Source: an uncultured Pseudanabaenaceae cyanobacterium
GTDB taxonomy: Bacteria > Cyanobacteriota > Cyanobacteriia > PCC-9006 > JAAUQQ01
Length of the DNA: 64,000 bases
NCBI GenBank assembly: GCA_938021205.1
Contig: CALIGI010000058.1
Location: 13,169 to 77,168, forward strand
Direction: 5' to 3'
Positions 30,096 to 40,241 of this stretch are shown here, piece after piece. Every line of letters begins with the position of its first letter. Positions within the stretch are counted from its first letter, which is position 1. Both the position numbers and the translations under genes were made by a program. The notes under the pieces were generated by a model. That model did no database searches. It worked only from the letters and a program-made list of their open reading frames with translations, and was not told the origin of the DNA.

Positions 30096-30329
30096 ATGGA
30101 AAATCCGTCTTTAAGAGGAGAGCCCCGCTATCAGCAGGCTCCTCTACTCCCCTCCGCTGGCGAGCCCTCTATTTTGGAATGGCTAGAAAAGAGTGGCCGT
30201 CTGATCGCTCGTGAAAGTGATGACACGAAAAAACTAGATGCTGAAGAGGAAGAAATTGCAGCATTGATGGGTGGCGATGACGCTAAGTTTGAAGAGGAGG
30301 AGGATGACGATTTTGATGATGAGGATTAG
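30096..30329 (+). CDS. Small, highly acidic hypothetical protein (77 aa).
   Basis: ORF ending in EEEEDDDFDDED. Followed by a palindromic terminator. Confidence 0.4.
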   Translation: MENPSLRGEPRYQQAPLLPSAGEPSILEWLEKSGRLIARESDDTKKLDAEEEEIAALMGGDDAKFEEEEDDDFDDED

Positions 30330-30416
30330 TCTACTGCCCATGGCGAAGACGGTTTGATGGTTCCAATGATCTAGAATTGCAGGTCAATTTGGGGTCATTG
30401 CAATCGATTTGTACCC

Positions 30417-30453
30417 AAAAGGGAGTCACTGCGATCGCGGTGACTCCCTTTTT
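30417..30453. terminator. Palindromic intrinsic terminator built around a HIP1 site.
   Basis: aaaagggagtcac-tgcgatcgcg-gtgactccctttt: a perfect 13-bp inverted repeat flanking GCGATCGC, with T/A runs on both sides. Confidence 0.6.
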
Positions 30454-30924
30454 GATTGAGCTAAGTGGCGACGCTGGCGGCAAGGCGGCCGAGAACTCTC
30501 CGTCGATGCTGATTTTAACGAAGTCCTCACAGCCGAAAGACGGCTTTGAGCGAGGCTAAAGTCTAAGTAAGATCAGCAAGATAGCCTGAAGCCAGTTTTC
30601 ATATTGACCCCATATATCAGTAATCATCTCTCGATTCAAGTAGGAGCCTCTTCGCTGGCAGCTCTTGGTCTGTCCCTCTTCTCGTTGAATCTTTGAGCAG
30701 CCTCGTTGAGCATGACACAGCGATTTTACGCGACAAATCATACTGACGAAATGAGCTAACTCATTACAGTCAAACTGCCAACGGTATGAAAAGCCACACC
30801 AAGGAATGTCAGCTCCAAAGCTGACAAAGCGGGGGTTTTGCGATAATTTTGGTCAAGCTAGAGGATAGGTTTGTTTACAAGCCCAATCCCTGATTTGTGT
30901 TGTGGTGATTGAGGAACCGATTGA

Positions 30925-32046
30925 GTGGTGGATGCAAAATATTTGTCAGTTCCAGAAATAGGTTTAACCGGTAGCAAGTTGCTCTGGAGTCTGACGGGTT
31001 GCCTCAGCTTGTCTGCTCTACTGCTTGACTTGGCTGCGGGTCGTTCTCCTGCTAGCCTCTCCAGTCTCTTTCTGCCCCTAGTGGCCTGCACGCTGTTGTC
31101 TGGCCTTCTAGGCTATTGGGTTATTCCCGTTCTCCGTAACCTCAAGGCGGGGCAGTTCATTCGGGAAGATGGTCCCCAGGCTCACCTCAAGAAAGCTGGC
31201 ACGCCTACCATGGGCGGCATTTTTGTTGTTCCTGTGGCTGTGATTTTTTCCCTGTTGGCGACGGGCTTTGCTCCGGCAGCCGTCGCAGCTTCGGGCTTGA
31301 CCCTCGCTTTTGGTTTCATTGGTTGGGTTGATGACTGGCAGATTCTGCGTTATCGCTCTAACAAGGGAATCTCTCCCCGCATGAAACTGTTGCTTCAGGT
31401 GGCCTTTGGCGCTCTGTTTTGTTTCTGGCTTTCTTCTAGTGCTGGCATTGAGAATGTCACCAGCGTGTCCCTGCCCCTGGGCATCATTATTCCTTTCGGT
31501 CTTCTGTTTTGGCCTTTAGCGCTGTTTGTCATGATGGCTGAGAGCAATGCAACCAACCTCACCGATGGCGTGGATGGTTTGGCGGCTGGGACTGGGGCGA
31601 TCGCCCTTCTCGGCCTTGGCGCTTTCGTTGGCTCCCCCACTTTGGATGGATTGGTTCAATTCCCTGAGCTGATGACCTTTGCGGCTGCCACCAGCGGTAG
31701 TTACCTGGGCTTTCTCATCCATAATCGCAATCCTGCTCGCGTATTCATGGGAGATACGGGTTCCCTAGCACTGGGAGGGGCACTGGCTGCGATCGCCCTC
31801 ATCGGTAATCTACTCTGGGTGCTTCTTGTCATTGGTGGTTTGTTCTTGGCTGAGTCGCTCTCCGTGATTGCCCAAGTCGGCTATTACAAATCCACCAAAG
31901 GCCCCGATGGTGTGGGCAAGCGCCTTTTCAAGATGGCTCCCTTGCACCATCACTTAGAACTGAGCGGCTGGCATGAAACCCGTGTTGTCGCGACTTTCTA
32001 TGTCATTGCGGTGGGCTTAGCTGGGCTCTGCTACCTCATCCACTAA
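30925..32046 (+). CDS. mraY: Phospho-N-acetylmuramoyl-pentapeptide transferase.
   Basis: HLKKAGTPTMGG, NATNLTDGVDGLAAG, NPARVFMGDTGSLALGG and MAPLHHHLE are all canonical MraY motifs. Confidence 0.9.
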   Translation: MVDAKYLSVPEIGLTGSKLLWSLTGCLSLSALLLDLAAGRSPASLSSLFLPLVACTLLSGLLGYWVIPVLRNLKAGQFIREDGPQAHLKKAGTPTMGGIFVVPVAVIFSLLATGFAPAAVAASGLTLAFGFIGWVDDWQILRYRSNKGISPRMKLLLQVAFGALFCFWLSSSAGIENVTSVSLPLGIIIPFGLLFWPLALFVMMAESNATNLTDGVDGLAAGTGAIALLGLGAFVGSPTLDGLVQFPELMTFAAATSGSYLGFLIHNRNPARVFMGDTGSLALGGALAAIALIGNLLWVLLVIGGLFLAESLSVIAQVGYYKSTKGPDGVGKRLFKMAPLHHHLELSGWHETRVVATFYVIAVGLAGLCYLIH

Positions 32047-32093
32047 CGAGATTTCTCCTCCTCCCTCGATTCATCCACCAGCGAACTTACCCA

Positions 32094-32136
32094 AAGCGAA
32101 GCCCTGAAGAGAATTCTCTTCAGGGCTTCGCTTTTT
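32094..32136. terminator. Bidirectional intrinsic terminator between mraY and the convergent TetR gene.
   Basis: aagcgaagccctgaagaga-att-ctcttcagggcttcgctt followed by ttt. Confidence 0.7.
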
Positions 32137-32198
32137 AACGGTTGCACACCACTTAACTTGGGCATACCACCGTCGGAACATGTTTTATAAGGCCCTTA

Positions 32199-32807
32199 CT
32201 AGGCCAAGACACCGTTCAAAAATACATCAGATAGACCCACTGCCATATCTTGAAGAATCTGGGGAGACGGGTTGGCTTCCATGACCGTGACCTCACTGAA
32301 GCCTGCCACCATGAACATGCCCAGGAAAATGCGAGCAATGACCTTAGGATTCATGGGCCGATAAATACCTCGATCAATTGCAGTCTGAAAAAAGGCTTCA
32401 GATACAACCATCATCTTATCTAGCACTTCTCGCTGGATCCGTTCTTGAAGTTCCGGATGGAACTGCGTTTCCATGAAGCAAACCCGTAACTGATCTGTGT
32501 TCTCACTCAGGTGCTTGATGCGCTTGCGCATCACCTCTTCCACTGCTTTGTAGCTGCTCATTTCGCTCAGCTCCGTCAGCAGATCCGTCAGAATCTCAAT
32601 CCATCCCTCGGTGGAAAGCTCAACCAAAATGGCTTTTTTGTTAGGGAAATGTCGAAATAGTGTTCCTTCGGCTACCCCCGCAGCCTGAGCTAGGTCGCGA
32701 GTTGTTGTGCCGTCATAGCCATAGCGGGAAAATAGCTGCTGGGCTGCTTTCAAGATGCGAGTCTTGGTTTCAGCTTCGGGAGGGGCAGTACGGCGGGCAA
32801 GTCTCAT
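32199..32807 (-). CDS. TetR/AcrR family transcriptional regulator.
   Basis: N-terminal HTH ILKAAQQLFSRYGYDGTTTRDLAQAAGVAEGTLFRHFPNK. Confidence 0.85.
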   Translation of the reverse strand: MRLARRTAPPEAETKTRILKAAQQLFSRYGYDGTTTRDLAQAAGVAEGTLFRHFPNKKAILVELSTEGWIEILTDLLTELSEMSSYKAVEEVMRKRIKHLSENTDQLRVCFMETQFHPELQERIQREVLDKMMVVSEAFFQTAIDRGIYRPMNPKVIARIFLGMFMVAGFSEVTVMEANPSPQILQDMAVGLSDVFLNGVLA

Positions 32808-33827
32808 GGCTAAGCAGCCTCAGTAGCGGTCAGGGTAAGCGCACAATCAAGTCTTAGAAGGCGCCTGTTAATCTGAAACTGTCAGAATTACAGGCTTAGA
32901 TCTCTCTAGCTCCATCACCGAAGGACTTGGGTCAGTCAGTCGCAGCCATATGAGGACTGTTAATGAGGAGCCCGCAAGTGTCCTAACCCAAAGAGTAGCT
33001 AGGCTATTGCGATACTTGTGGGGTTGCTCAGCCCTTATAGCCCACGCCAAGCCACCCTTGTGATGCATCCATTGTTGCCTACCCCTCGGAGTACCATCCC
33101 TTTGAGTTCATAGAACCTTACACTTATACCGATTCCTGCACATTCGGCTTGTTTAGGTTTACGAAGGCTTGTGTTCTTGACAATTATTGGGGCGCTTTTG
33201 TTCAAAAAAATAGAGCTAAGTATTGCTTTCACAGGAATACTACGAAGCACTTTTTTCCAAATTTTGCTTGGGTTTATAGACTTTAAGGCTGTACTTTGCC
33301 AAATCCTATAGCAAAGCTTTGGATGGACGATTCGTTGATACTTGTTATCAGTTATAGAGAGACCGAGTGATATCCCTCTGCAAATTTTGATGCAGTAGGG
33401 GGAGCGCGATGGCGGGATTCTCCCGCCCCAAAGACAATCGTAATTTTCGCTGTCAAAACTTCTAGCTTCCTATCCTGCGGCATTTCCCCCTAAAACACCT
33501 ACTTGTAACTGTTCGAAGCGTTTGAAAGTCAGAGACTGAAACCCCTGATTCTCCGTGGCTGAGATAGACCCCGCCGAGGGGCAAACAATCATCCTGCCGT
33601 GGCCAATCAAAAACGGTTCGGAGTATCGCCACAGCGTTGCTCCTGTGGATTGACTATGCATCTGAAAGCTAGAACTGTCTTGCTGAATGATTGCAGCAGC
33701 AGTGCGGTAGAGAACCGCCATAAATGCTGTTAAATTTTCCACTACTTGAGAGTCTGCTTGGGCAGTTGGGGAACCTTAAGGACGTGCTCTGCTGGTTGGA
33801 CTTCGTAATCATGATGATGACACCGCT

Positions 33828-35321
33828 ATGGAAACGCAGCCTCTTCACGCAAGGGAGTCGCTAGACCTTGAGCTCAGCCAATACTTCGATTTACTTCGTC
33901 GTAAATGGCTTGTGCTTGCCCTCATTTGGGGGGGGGCCTTCGGCCTTGCGGTAGGAGCAGCTTTACTCAAAGCTCCCAGCTACCAAGCATCCTCGAAGGT
34001 TTTAGTGAAGGTCGACCAAACCGCTTCCCTCACCGGAATTGGTAAAGGGGTGGGAGATATAAATTCCATCGCGAAGAACCCCCTCAGTACGGAAATTGAA
34101 ATTATCCTGGCTGCACCCACCCTAGATCGGGTGATTGGCACATTAGATCTGAAAAATGACGAAGGGGAGTCCCTCACAGCCAAAGATCTGCGAAAGAATC
34201 TTGATGTCAGCGTTGCAGGTGGTGCTGATGTGATTGAGATGAGTTATGAAGCTAAGGATGCTCAACTGGCCGCTAATATCGTGGATGAGCTCTCCCGCGT
34301 CTACATCGAAAGCAATATTCTTGAAAATCAGCTCCAGACCTCTAAGGCTAGGCTCCTCACAGAAAAGCAGCTACCCGAAAGCGAACGTTTTGTTCAGCAA
34401 TCAGAAGCTTCCTTGCGAGACTTTAAGGAAAGTAATGGCATTGTTTCCCTCCAGGATGAAGCAAAGTCCGTTGTGATTGCTTTACAGGATATAGATAGCC
34501 AGGTTCTACAGGTGAGATCTTCTCTGGATGAGGTGGTGAGCACGGCGACTCAGTTGCGCGAAACCTTGGGATTAAATCTATCCCAGGCGATGCTTGCTAG
34601 TGATCTCAGCCAGTCCCCAGCGATCCAAGGAGTGATGCTAGATCTTCAGGCCCTAGAGCGCCAGAAAGCGATTAAGTTGGGCACTTATACGGGCCAGAGC
34701 CCTGTTATTCAGGTTTCCAGTGCCGAGGAGGAATCCCTCAAGCAGCTACTGTGGGAGGAAATGATCACGGTGGTCGGCAATCGCACTGAAGTCCCCGAGC
34801 GCTATTTACAAATGGGGGCGATGCGCCAGGAGCTGATTGCTCAGTTTGCCCAAGCTGAGGTCCAACGTCTAGGACTGGAAAATCGACTGCAAACTTTGGC
34901 AGAATATCGCGATCGCTATGTGAGCCGTGCGAACAGTCTTCCCAGTCTGGAGCAGCAAGAAAAGGAGTTGGAGCGTACTCAAGAAGTTGCCCGTCAACGT
35001 TATCAAGAGAATCTGCGTCGTCTGCGGGATTTGCAAGTGGCGGAGGAACAGTCCATTGGTAATGCGACTTTGCTGGAGCCTGCTGCGTTGCCTGATGAGC
35101 CCAACCGAACCAGTCAGCAAATCATTGTGGGTTTTGGAGGATTAGCGGGGGCGCTTCTGGCGGCAGGGGCGGCAGCGCTGATGGCCTTTGATGAGAGTAA
35201 TCGCGATCGCCGTCATGCCCAAGGTGGCGTTGTCGTGCCGTCGCCTGGACCCTCAAGTCAAGTGATTCCCCGAGGTAATGTTGCTCCCCCTGAAGGTGCT
35301 AATCCTGAAGGTGCATTCTAA
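33828..35321 (+). CDS. Polysaccharide co-polymerase (Wzz/GumC-like chain-length determinant, with no kinase domain).
   Basis: RRKWLVLALIWGGAFGLAV N-terminal TM, a long coiled-coil periplasmic region, and a second TM IIVGFGGLAGALLAAGAAALMAF near the C-terminus. Confidence 0.75.
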   Translation: METQPLHARESLDLELSQYFDLLRRKWLVLALIWGGAFGLAVGAALLKAPSYQASSKVLVKVDQTASLTGIGKGVGDINSIAKNPLSTEIEIILAAPTLDRVIGTLDLKNDEGESLTAKDLRKNLDVSVAGGADVIEMSYEAKDAQLAANIVDELSRVYIESNILENQLQTSKARLLTEKQLPESERFVQQSEASLRDFKESNGIVSLQDEAKSVVIALQDIDSQVLQVRSSLDEVVSTATQLRETLGLNLSQAMLASDLSQSPAIQGVMLDLQALERQKAIKLGTYTGQSPVIQVSSAEEESLKQLLWEEMITVVGNRTEVPERYLQMGAMRQELIAQFAQAEVQRLGLENRLQTLAEYRDRYVSRANSLPSLEQQEKELERTQEVARQRYQENLRRLRDLQVAEEQSIGNATLLEPAALPDEPNRTSQQIIVGFGGLAGALLAAGAAALMAFDESNRDRRHAQGGVVVPSPGPSSQVIPRGNVAPPEGANPEGAF

Positions 35322-35535
35322 GCTCTGTATGGGTTGCTTGATGTCAGATGGTGGTGATTTCGAGGCTGTCTGTCGGAGTTCAAAAGCCCCAGTGCATTGC
35401 ACTGGGGCTTTGGTTGTGTCTCTCGCATTGTTCCCTGGGTTCGAGTCAAGCCCACCTGGACTTTAGGTGGGGGGCTTGGGTTTTGGGGTATTGCGGGAGT
35501 GGATAGATGCTCTCTAATGGTTGTTAGAGAGCGTC

Positions 35536-36750
35536 TCAATGGGAAGAGCGATCTCGCGCTAAAATATCCTGTAGCTGCTGCACCAGCAACGCCACTTGGG
35601 GTAAGCCAAATGCTTCATCAATCAACTGGTGTCGCTGTGCTTTTTCCGGGTCTGTGAGACTTTCAGAGAAGCAATCCAGCACTCGACTTGCGAAGGATGG
35701 GGCATCTGAAGCTAGGTAAAACAGAGATTTGACGGAGTCTGGCAGTCCATAGATGCCCTTGTCGAGGGATACGATGGGCTTATGGGTGGCCAGCATATCA
35801 ATGGATTTGATACTGACTCCTCCTCCCACCGCGATGGGATTGACTAAAACCTGACCAGAGTTGTAGATTTCTGCCGCAGACTCTGGGTTGATGTGGAGGG
35901 TAACACCGTCAATGCGATCGCAGAGTTCTCGAATGCTCTGGCGCGGCTTAGAGCCCGCAATCAGGACCGACAGATCTGGTTTCTGGGCTTGAATCAGGGG
36001 AACAACATCGGTCAAGAACCAGCGAATGCCTTCTACGTTGTTATCCGTGTACAGATTGCCGAGGAATACGAGATCAAAGGTCTCAGAATCAACCTTGGAT
36101 TGAGGTGCTTGACTGGCTAAATGGGCTAAGGGAGGGAGAAAATAGCCGTTTTCAAAGCCCTCCTCCTTCCAGAATGCTAAGTCATCCACGGAGATGTCAA
36201 AAAAAGCTAAGGCATTTTGCAAGGTTGAGAACTCTAGTGCCTTCAGATTTCTAACAGTCAAGAAAGCAGATAACTTCTGTTTGCCTGTGGCCGCTCTGAA
36301 TAGTGCATCTCGATGTTGATGCTCAATATTATGGGAGCGCACAATGTATGGAATATTGAGCTTCACTGAGAGCTGTTGGGCTAGGACCGCAGCATGGATA
36401 CCATCGATCAGTAGCAGGTCTGGCTGAAAGCACCGGACATCGTCACTGAGTTGGTCAAAGGCTTCCTGGGTGAGCCTGCGTGATGTAATACCTAGGGGAT
36501 TTTGCAATAAATCCACGCCACGGCGTAGGAAAGAAGAGAATGTTTTTCCTGTGAAATCTAGAAGTTGGAGATCGTTGACGGAATCCTGGAGCTTGACTAA
36601 ATCACTGGCCTTGGGCTCTTCCGCTTTCCAGCAGACTAATTGTGTTTCCACTCCCAGCATCTTGAAGGCTTCTATGCGTCTCCAAATATCTACCCTTCCT
36701 CCATGGATGGGAGGATAGGGGATTTCCATGGCGATGATCGTAAGCTTCAT
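35536..36750 (-). CDS. Glycosyltransferase family 1 (GT4-like).
   Basis: N-terminus MKLTIIAMEIPYPPIHGGRVDIWRRI. C-terminal GT-B half with VLVNPIAVGGGVSIKSIDMLA. Confidence 0.8.
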   Translation of the reverse strand: MKLTIIAMEIPYPPIHGGRVDIWRRIEAFKMLGVETQLVCWKAEEPKASDLVKLQDSVNDLQLLDFTGKTFSSFLRRGVDLLQNPLGITSRRLTQEAFDQLSDDVRCFQPDLLLIDGIHAAVLAQQLSVKLNIPYIVRSHNIEHQHRDALFRAATGKQKLSAFLTVRNLKALEFSTLQNALAFFDISVDDLAFWKEEGFENGYFLPPLAHLASQAPQSKVDSETFDLVFLGNLYTDNNVEGIRWFLTDVVPLIQAQKPDLSVLIAGSKPRQSIRELCDRIDGVTLHINPESAAEIYNSGQVLVNPIAVGGGVSIKSIDMLATHKPIVSLDKGIYGLPDSVKSLFYLASDAPSFASRVLDCFSESLTDPEKAQRHQLIDEAFGLPQVALLVQQLQDILARDRSSH

Positions 36751-37589
36751 AGCTGCCTAAAGCTGTTTTCCTTTGCAATAGATAAAAGATCAACCCGCGA
36801 TGGCTTATCGCTGTGATGAAGGTGGTGCTTTCAGAGTTGAGCTATGGAAGATGCAGCTAACGGGAGTAGGACATTATTCGATGAATGTGTCAGTCATCCT
36901 AGGCTTAGTATTCCCGTGGCAATGATGGAACAGCCAGCCTAGTTGATGCCATAGAGGGCGATCGCAGGCTAGGATTATTTGTTGGTAAGGCTACAAGTCT
37001 TTGGATGATTTTTTCGTTTTTCTGAGTGAATAATGTGATCTATTTTGATGGATTAACTAGGATTAGAACGCTAATTAAAATGGAGTATTATATAGGGGGC
37101 TGATCGTTTGTAAAATCTGTCTATGTTAGGCAATGATATCTGTACATATTAGGTTGTAGTCTAAAAAGTAGAATTAATAACTAGCGCATTTTTCTTGCTT
37201 TTCCAGATATTGAGTCGAGCTGAATAATTCCTTGATTCTGTCTTTTGAGAAGGAATAAACTAACTTTATATATCCATCTCTTGTAGGTTCTACTGAATTT
37301 TTGAAATCTTCTGTTAGCAAGTAATTCAAACTCCGCTAGATCCGATAAAAATCAAATAAAGTATCAGTAATTTACTGTACATCTAATTCTGGAAGCGAGT
37401 AGCTTAGGCATATGAGTTCAACATGAACATTTTAGGTGTAAGCCACGCCTATATACGAGAATCTAGCCGATTGACCCTAGCTCTTCTCGTGATGGATGCT
37501 TGATTACATCAATGAGCGAGCTATCAGACTTTGAGTCATTGAGAAGCGGTGTATTTACCAAGCCATTTCTTCTCCTTAGGCTTCACTCC

Positions 37590-38042
37590 ATGAGATTCTT
37601 ACTGGCCTGTACTTCCGGCGGCCACTTTTCCACAATGAAATCCCTTGAGGATTTTTGGTCTAGCCATGACCGGGTTTGGGTCACTGACTACAAGCAAGAT
37701 ACCCATGCACTTAAGGAGCGGGGAGAGGCAGTGGATTGGATGCCTTACCAAGCCCCTCGAGATTTGCTAACTCTCATTTTTAACTTGCCTAGGACGTTTG
37801 CATTGTTGCGTCAGCATAAGCCTGATGTGGTGATCTCTACGGGAGCCAGTATGGCTATTAATTTTGCGATTGCAGCTCGAATATTAGGGATTCGCTTTCT
37901 ATTTATTGAAAGCATTTCTCGCTCAGAAGAATTGAGTATTTCAGGCAAGCTGGTCTATCCCTTGGCAAGTGAATTTTATGTGCAGTGGCCTCAGCTTTGC
38001 AAGCGCTACCCTAAAGCTATTTTTCAAGGCACTGTGACCTAG
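37590..38042 (+). CDS. Alg14-like membrane-anchor subunit of a split UDP-sugar glycosyltransferase (PssD/Cps14F-like). The six-frame ORF begins at 37500; the start is assigned to MRFLL.
   Basis: MRFLLACTSGGHFSTM ... PDVVISTGASMAINFAIAARILGIRFLFIESISR matches the Alg14 family signature. Confidence 0.7.
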   Translation: MRFLLACTSGGHFSTMKSLEDFWSSHDRVWVTDYKQDTHALKERGEAVDWMPYQAPRDLLTLIFNLPRTFALLRQHKPDVVISTGASMAINFAIAARILGIRFLFIESISRSEELSISGKLVYPLASEFYVQWPQLCKRYPKAIFQGTVT

Positions 38043-38178
38043 GTCTAGGAATAATTAGGTGATGAATAAATGCCAATTTCTAATTATCTAATTCTCCTGT
38101 CGGCGATCGCTTAAAACAGCCTACCCCGGCCCTATCTTTTCTCCTGGCTGATTCACTAAAGACGTGCGAGATTGATGA

Positions 38179-38787
38179 ATGATCACAGTAACCTTAGGTA
38201 CAATTCCTTACCGCTTCAACCGTTCTATCGTTTGGCTCAAAGCTTTGTTGGATAGTGGTGTTATTGATGAACCTGTTTTCATTCAATACGGCACTAGTGA
38301 TATTTCTGCGCTGATCAATCATCCTCTCGTCACGGCTGAGGTCGCTGTTACCCAGGCCAAGCTCAAGGCTATGGTAGAGCGCTCTCGATTTGTCATCTCC
38401 CATGCTGGACAAGGCTCCACTCGCCTGATTGCTGCATCCCAGACCCGTTTTGTTCTTCTACCTCGTCTAGCTCTGTATGATGAGCATGTGGATGACCATC
38501 AGTTGATGTTTGCCCGTAGTGTTGCCAGTCGTGGGGTTCACCACTGCACTACATTTGAGGCTTTAGAGCAGGCCATTCTCAACCCTCCGGCATTATGCCC
38601 GCCCAGCTTATTTGAAGGTCCTAAGTTAACTGCATATTTGCTCAAGTGCTACCCGGAACGGTCTATCGTCAATAGTTCCGCCCCCTGGTACAGCCACCTA
38701 TTGCTGCGTCAAGCTAGGCGCTCTTATTTTGATTGCAGCATCGTGGTTCGTCATGACAAGTCTGGCATGGTCACCCACGATTTCTAG
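38179..38787 (+). CDS. Alg13-like catalytic subunit of the split glycosyltransferase (Glyco_tran_28_C; PssE/Cps14G-like).
   Basis: MITVTLGTIPYRFNR...VFIQYGTSD...FVISHAGQGSTRL...DHQLMFARSV matches the Alg13/MurG C-terminal-half pattern. Confidence 0.7.
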   Translation: MITVTLGTIPYRFNRSIVWLKALLDSGVIDEPVFIQYGTSDISALINHPLVTAEVAVTQAKLKAMVERSRFVISHAGQGSTRLIAASQTRFVLLPRLALYDEHVDDHQLMFARSVASRGVHHCTTFEALEQAILNPPALCPPSLFEGPKLTAYLLKCYPERSIVNSSAPWYSHLLLRQARRSYFDCSIVVRHDKSGMVTHDF

Positions 38788-38880
38788 CCATCGCAATCGT
38801 AGGTGTAATTCTGAAATACCGCCGGAGCATTGAGTCGCTCCTGGGTTATGAAATCAGAGGATTGACCATTTTATTGACTT

Positions 38881-40149
38881 TTGGGCTTGATCCACGCTTG
38901 GGTCTACCAACATGCTCCTTGGGTATCAGGACGAATAGTTTTGGTTACTTCATTTTCAACTAAGAAGAATAAAGCCCCTGTGATCGGAACGGTGTGCAGC
39001 AATGTCACGAACCTGGTTGTCCAAGCTGAACAGCAGCTAGATGGGCTCTATATTCCCACGACCCAGCCAGTTTCATTGCTCTCGAAAAATCCGTTTTTGA
39101 GCATTATCATCAATAACTATAATTATGCAGCTTTCCTCCGCCAAGCTATTGATAGTTGTCTCGCTCAGTGCTATGAGAACTTTGAGATCATTGTGGTGGA
39201 CGATGGCTCTGACGATGATTCCGCGCAGATTATTCGCAGCTATGGCGATTCCATCATCCCAGTGCTTAAGTCTAACGGGGGGCAAGCTTCTGCCATTAAT
39301 GCTGGCTTCGCGGTGAGTCAAGGTGAGATTATTGTTCTCCTGGATGCGGATGATTACCTGTTTGAACATGCACTTCGCACCATTGCAGCAGCTTGGTGCT
39401 CAGATAGCGCTGGGCCTGAAACGGTTCAAATTCAATGTCGTTTAACGCTCGTCGATCCTAAGGGTGAGGCCATCGATCTATATCCAGCACCGGAGATTAC
39501 TTTTGATCAAGGGGATGTGCGATCGCTCCTTCGCCAGCGTGGCCGTTACAGCACCACGGTCACCAGTGGAATTAGTTTTCATCGTCGTGTTCTGACGGAA
39601 ATTTTGCCCATTCCGGAATCAGATTTTCGTATTTCTGCCGATGGCTATTTGGTTACGGTGGCTCCTTTCTACGGCGCAGTGGGAGCCGTAGAGATTGCGG
39701 TAGGGGCTCGTCGCAAACATCAGAACAATTTCTGGGCACCCTTAGGCAATGCGGTGTGCTTATCCCATCTCCATCGTTCGATTCAGCATGACTTCCTCCG
39801 CTACCAGTATTTGAGTCAGATCATTGGAGAAGTAATCTCTCTAGAGCAGTTTGGTCTGGGTGATCACTTCCACTTAATGTCCCGCCTGCCCTCTAGTCGT
39901 CTATCTCCCCAACAGCACCCCTGTCCCGGGGATCAACCGGAGCAGCTTGCTCTGCGCGGTCTTGTATCGCTGTGGCATTTGCGCTCCTACAAGGCGCGGC
40001 GCAAGCTCATTCTCAGTGCTTGGTTCCTCTGGGTTGGCTTTGCGCCTAAGGCTTGGGTTCGTCCAGTGGTGGACTGGCTTCTCGTCAGTGGCTCTCGCCC
40101 CCAGCCCATTGACCGTTTGTCCAAGCTGCTACGACGCATCACGCGATAG
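38881..40149 (+). CDS. Glycosyltransferase family 2. The true start is probably downstream of the first ATG.
   Basis: LSIIINNYNYAAFLRQAIDSCLAQCYENFEIIVVDDGSDDDS...SNGGQASAINAGF...VLLDADD shows the GT-A DXD fold. Confidence 0.8.
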   Translation: MGLIHAWVYQHAPWVSGRIVLVTSFSTKKNKAPVIGTVCSNVTNLVVQAEQQLDGLYIPTTQPVSLLSKNPFLSIIINNYNYAAFLRQAIDSCLAQCYENFEIIVVDDGSDDDSAQIIRSYGDSIIPVLKSNGGQASAINAGFAVSQGEIIVLLDADDYLFEHALRTIAAAWCSDSAGPETVQIQCRLTLVDPKGEAIDLYPAPEITFDQGDVRSLLRQRGRYSTTVTSGISFHRRVLTEILPIPESDFRISADGYLVTVAPFYGAVGAVEIAVGARRKHQNNFWAPLGNAVCLSHLHRSIQHDFLRYQYLSQIIGEVISLEQFGLGDHFHLMSRLPSSRLSPQQHPCPGDQPEQLALRGLVSLWHLRSYKARRKLILSAWFLWVGFAPKAWVRPVVDWLLVSGSRPQPIDRLSKLLRRITR

Positions 40150-40241
40150 CAATGGCTTCACAAGGTGGAATCAGTTTGCCTTGGTGGGCTGTGCCCAGGT
40201 CTTTATCTATCTTTGCTGTGACGCTCCTTTAGCTCCTCTAT

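Noticed and set aside
30377-30559. 60-aa ORF spanning the HIP1-centred palindromic terminator.
   Set aside because: The ORF reads straight through a perfect hairpin terminator and has no upstream ribosome-binding context. Treated as chance.
38881-39060. Possibility that the first ~60 codons of the GT2 ORF are a separate small gene.
   Set aside because: There is no stop separating them from the GT-A domain and no independent motif. More simply explained as upstream in-frame sequence before the true (unresolved) start codon.
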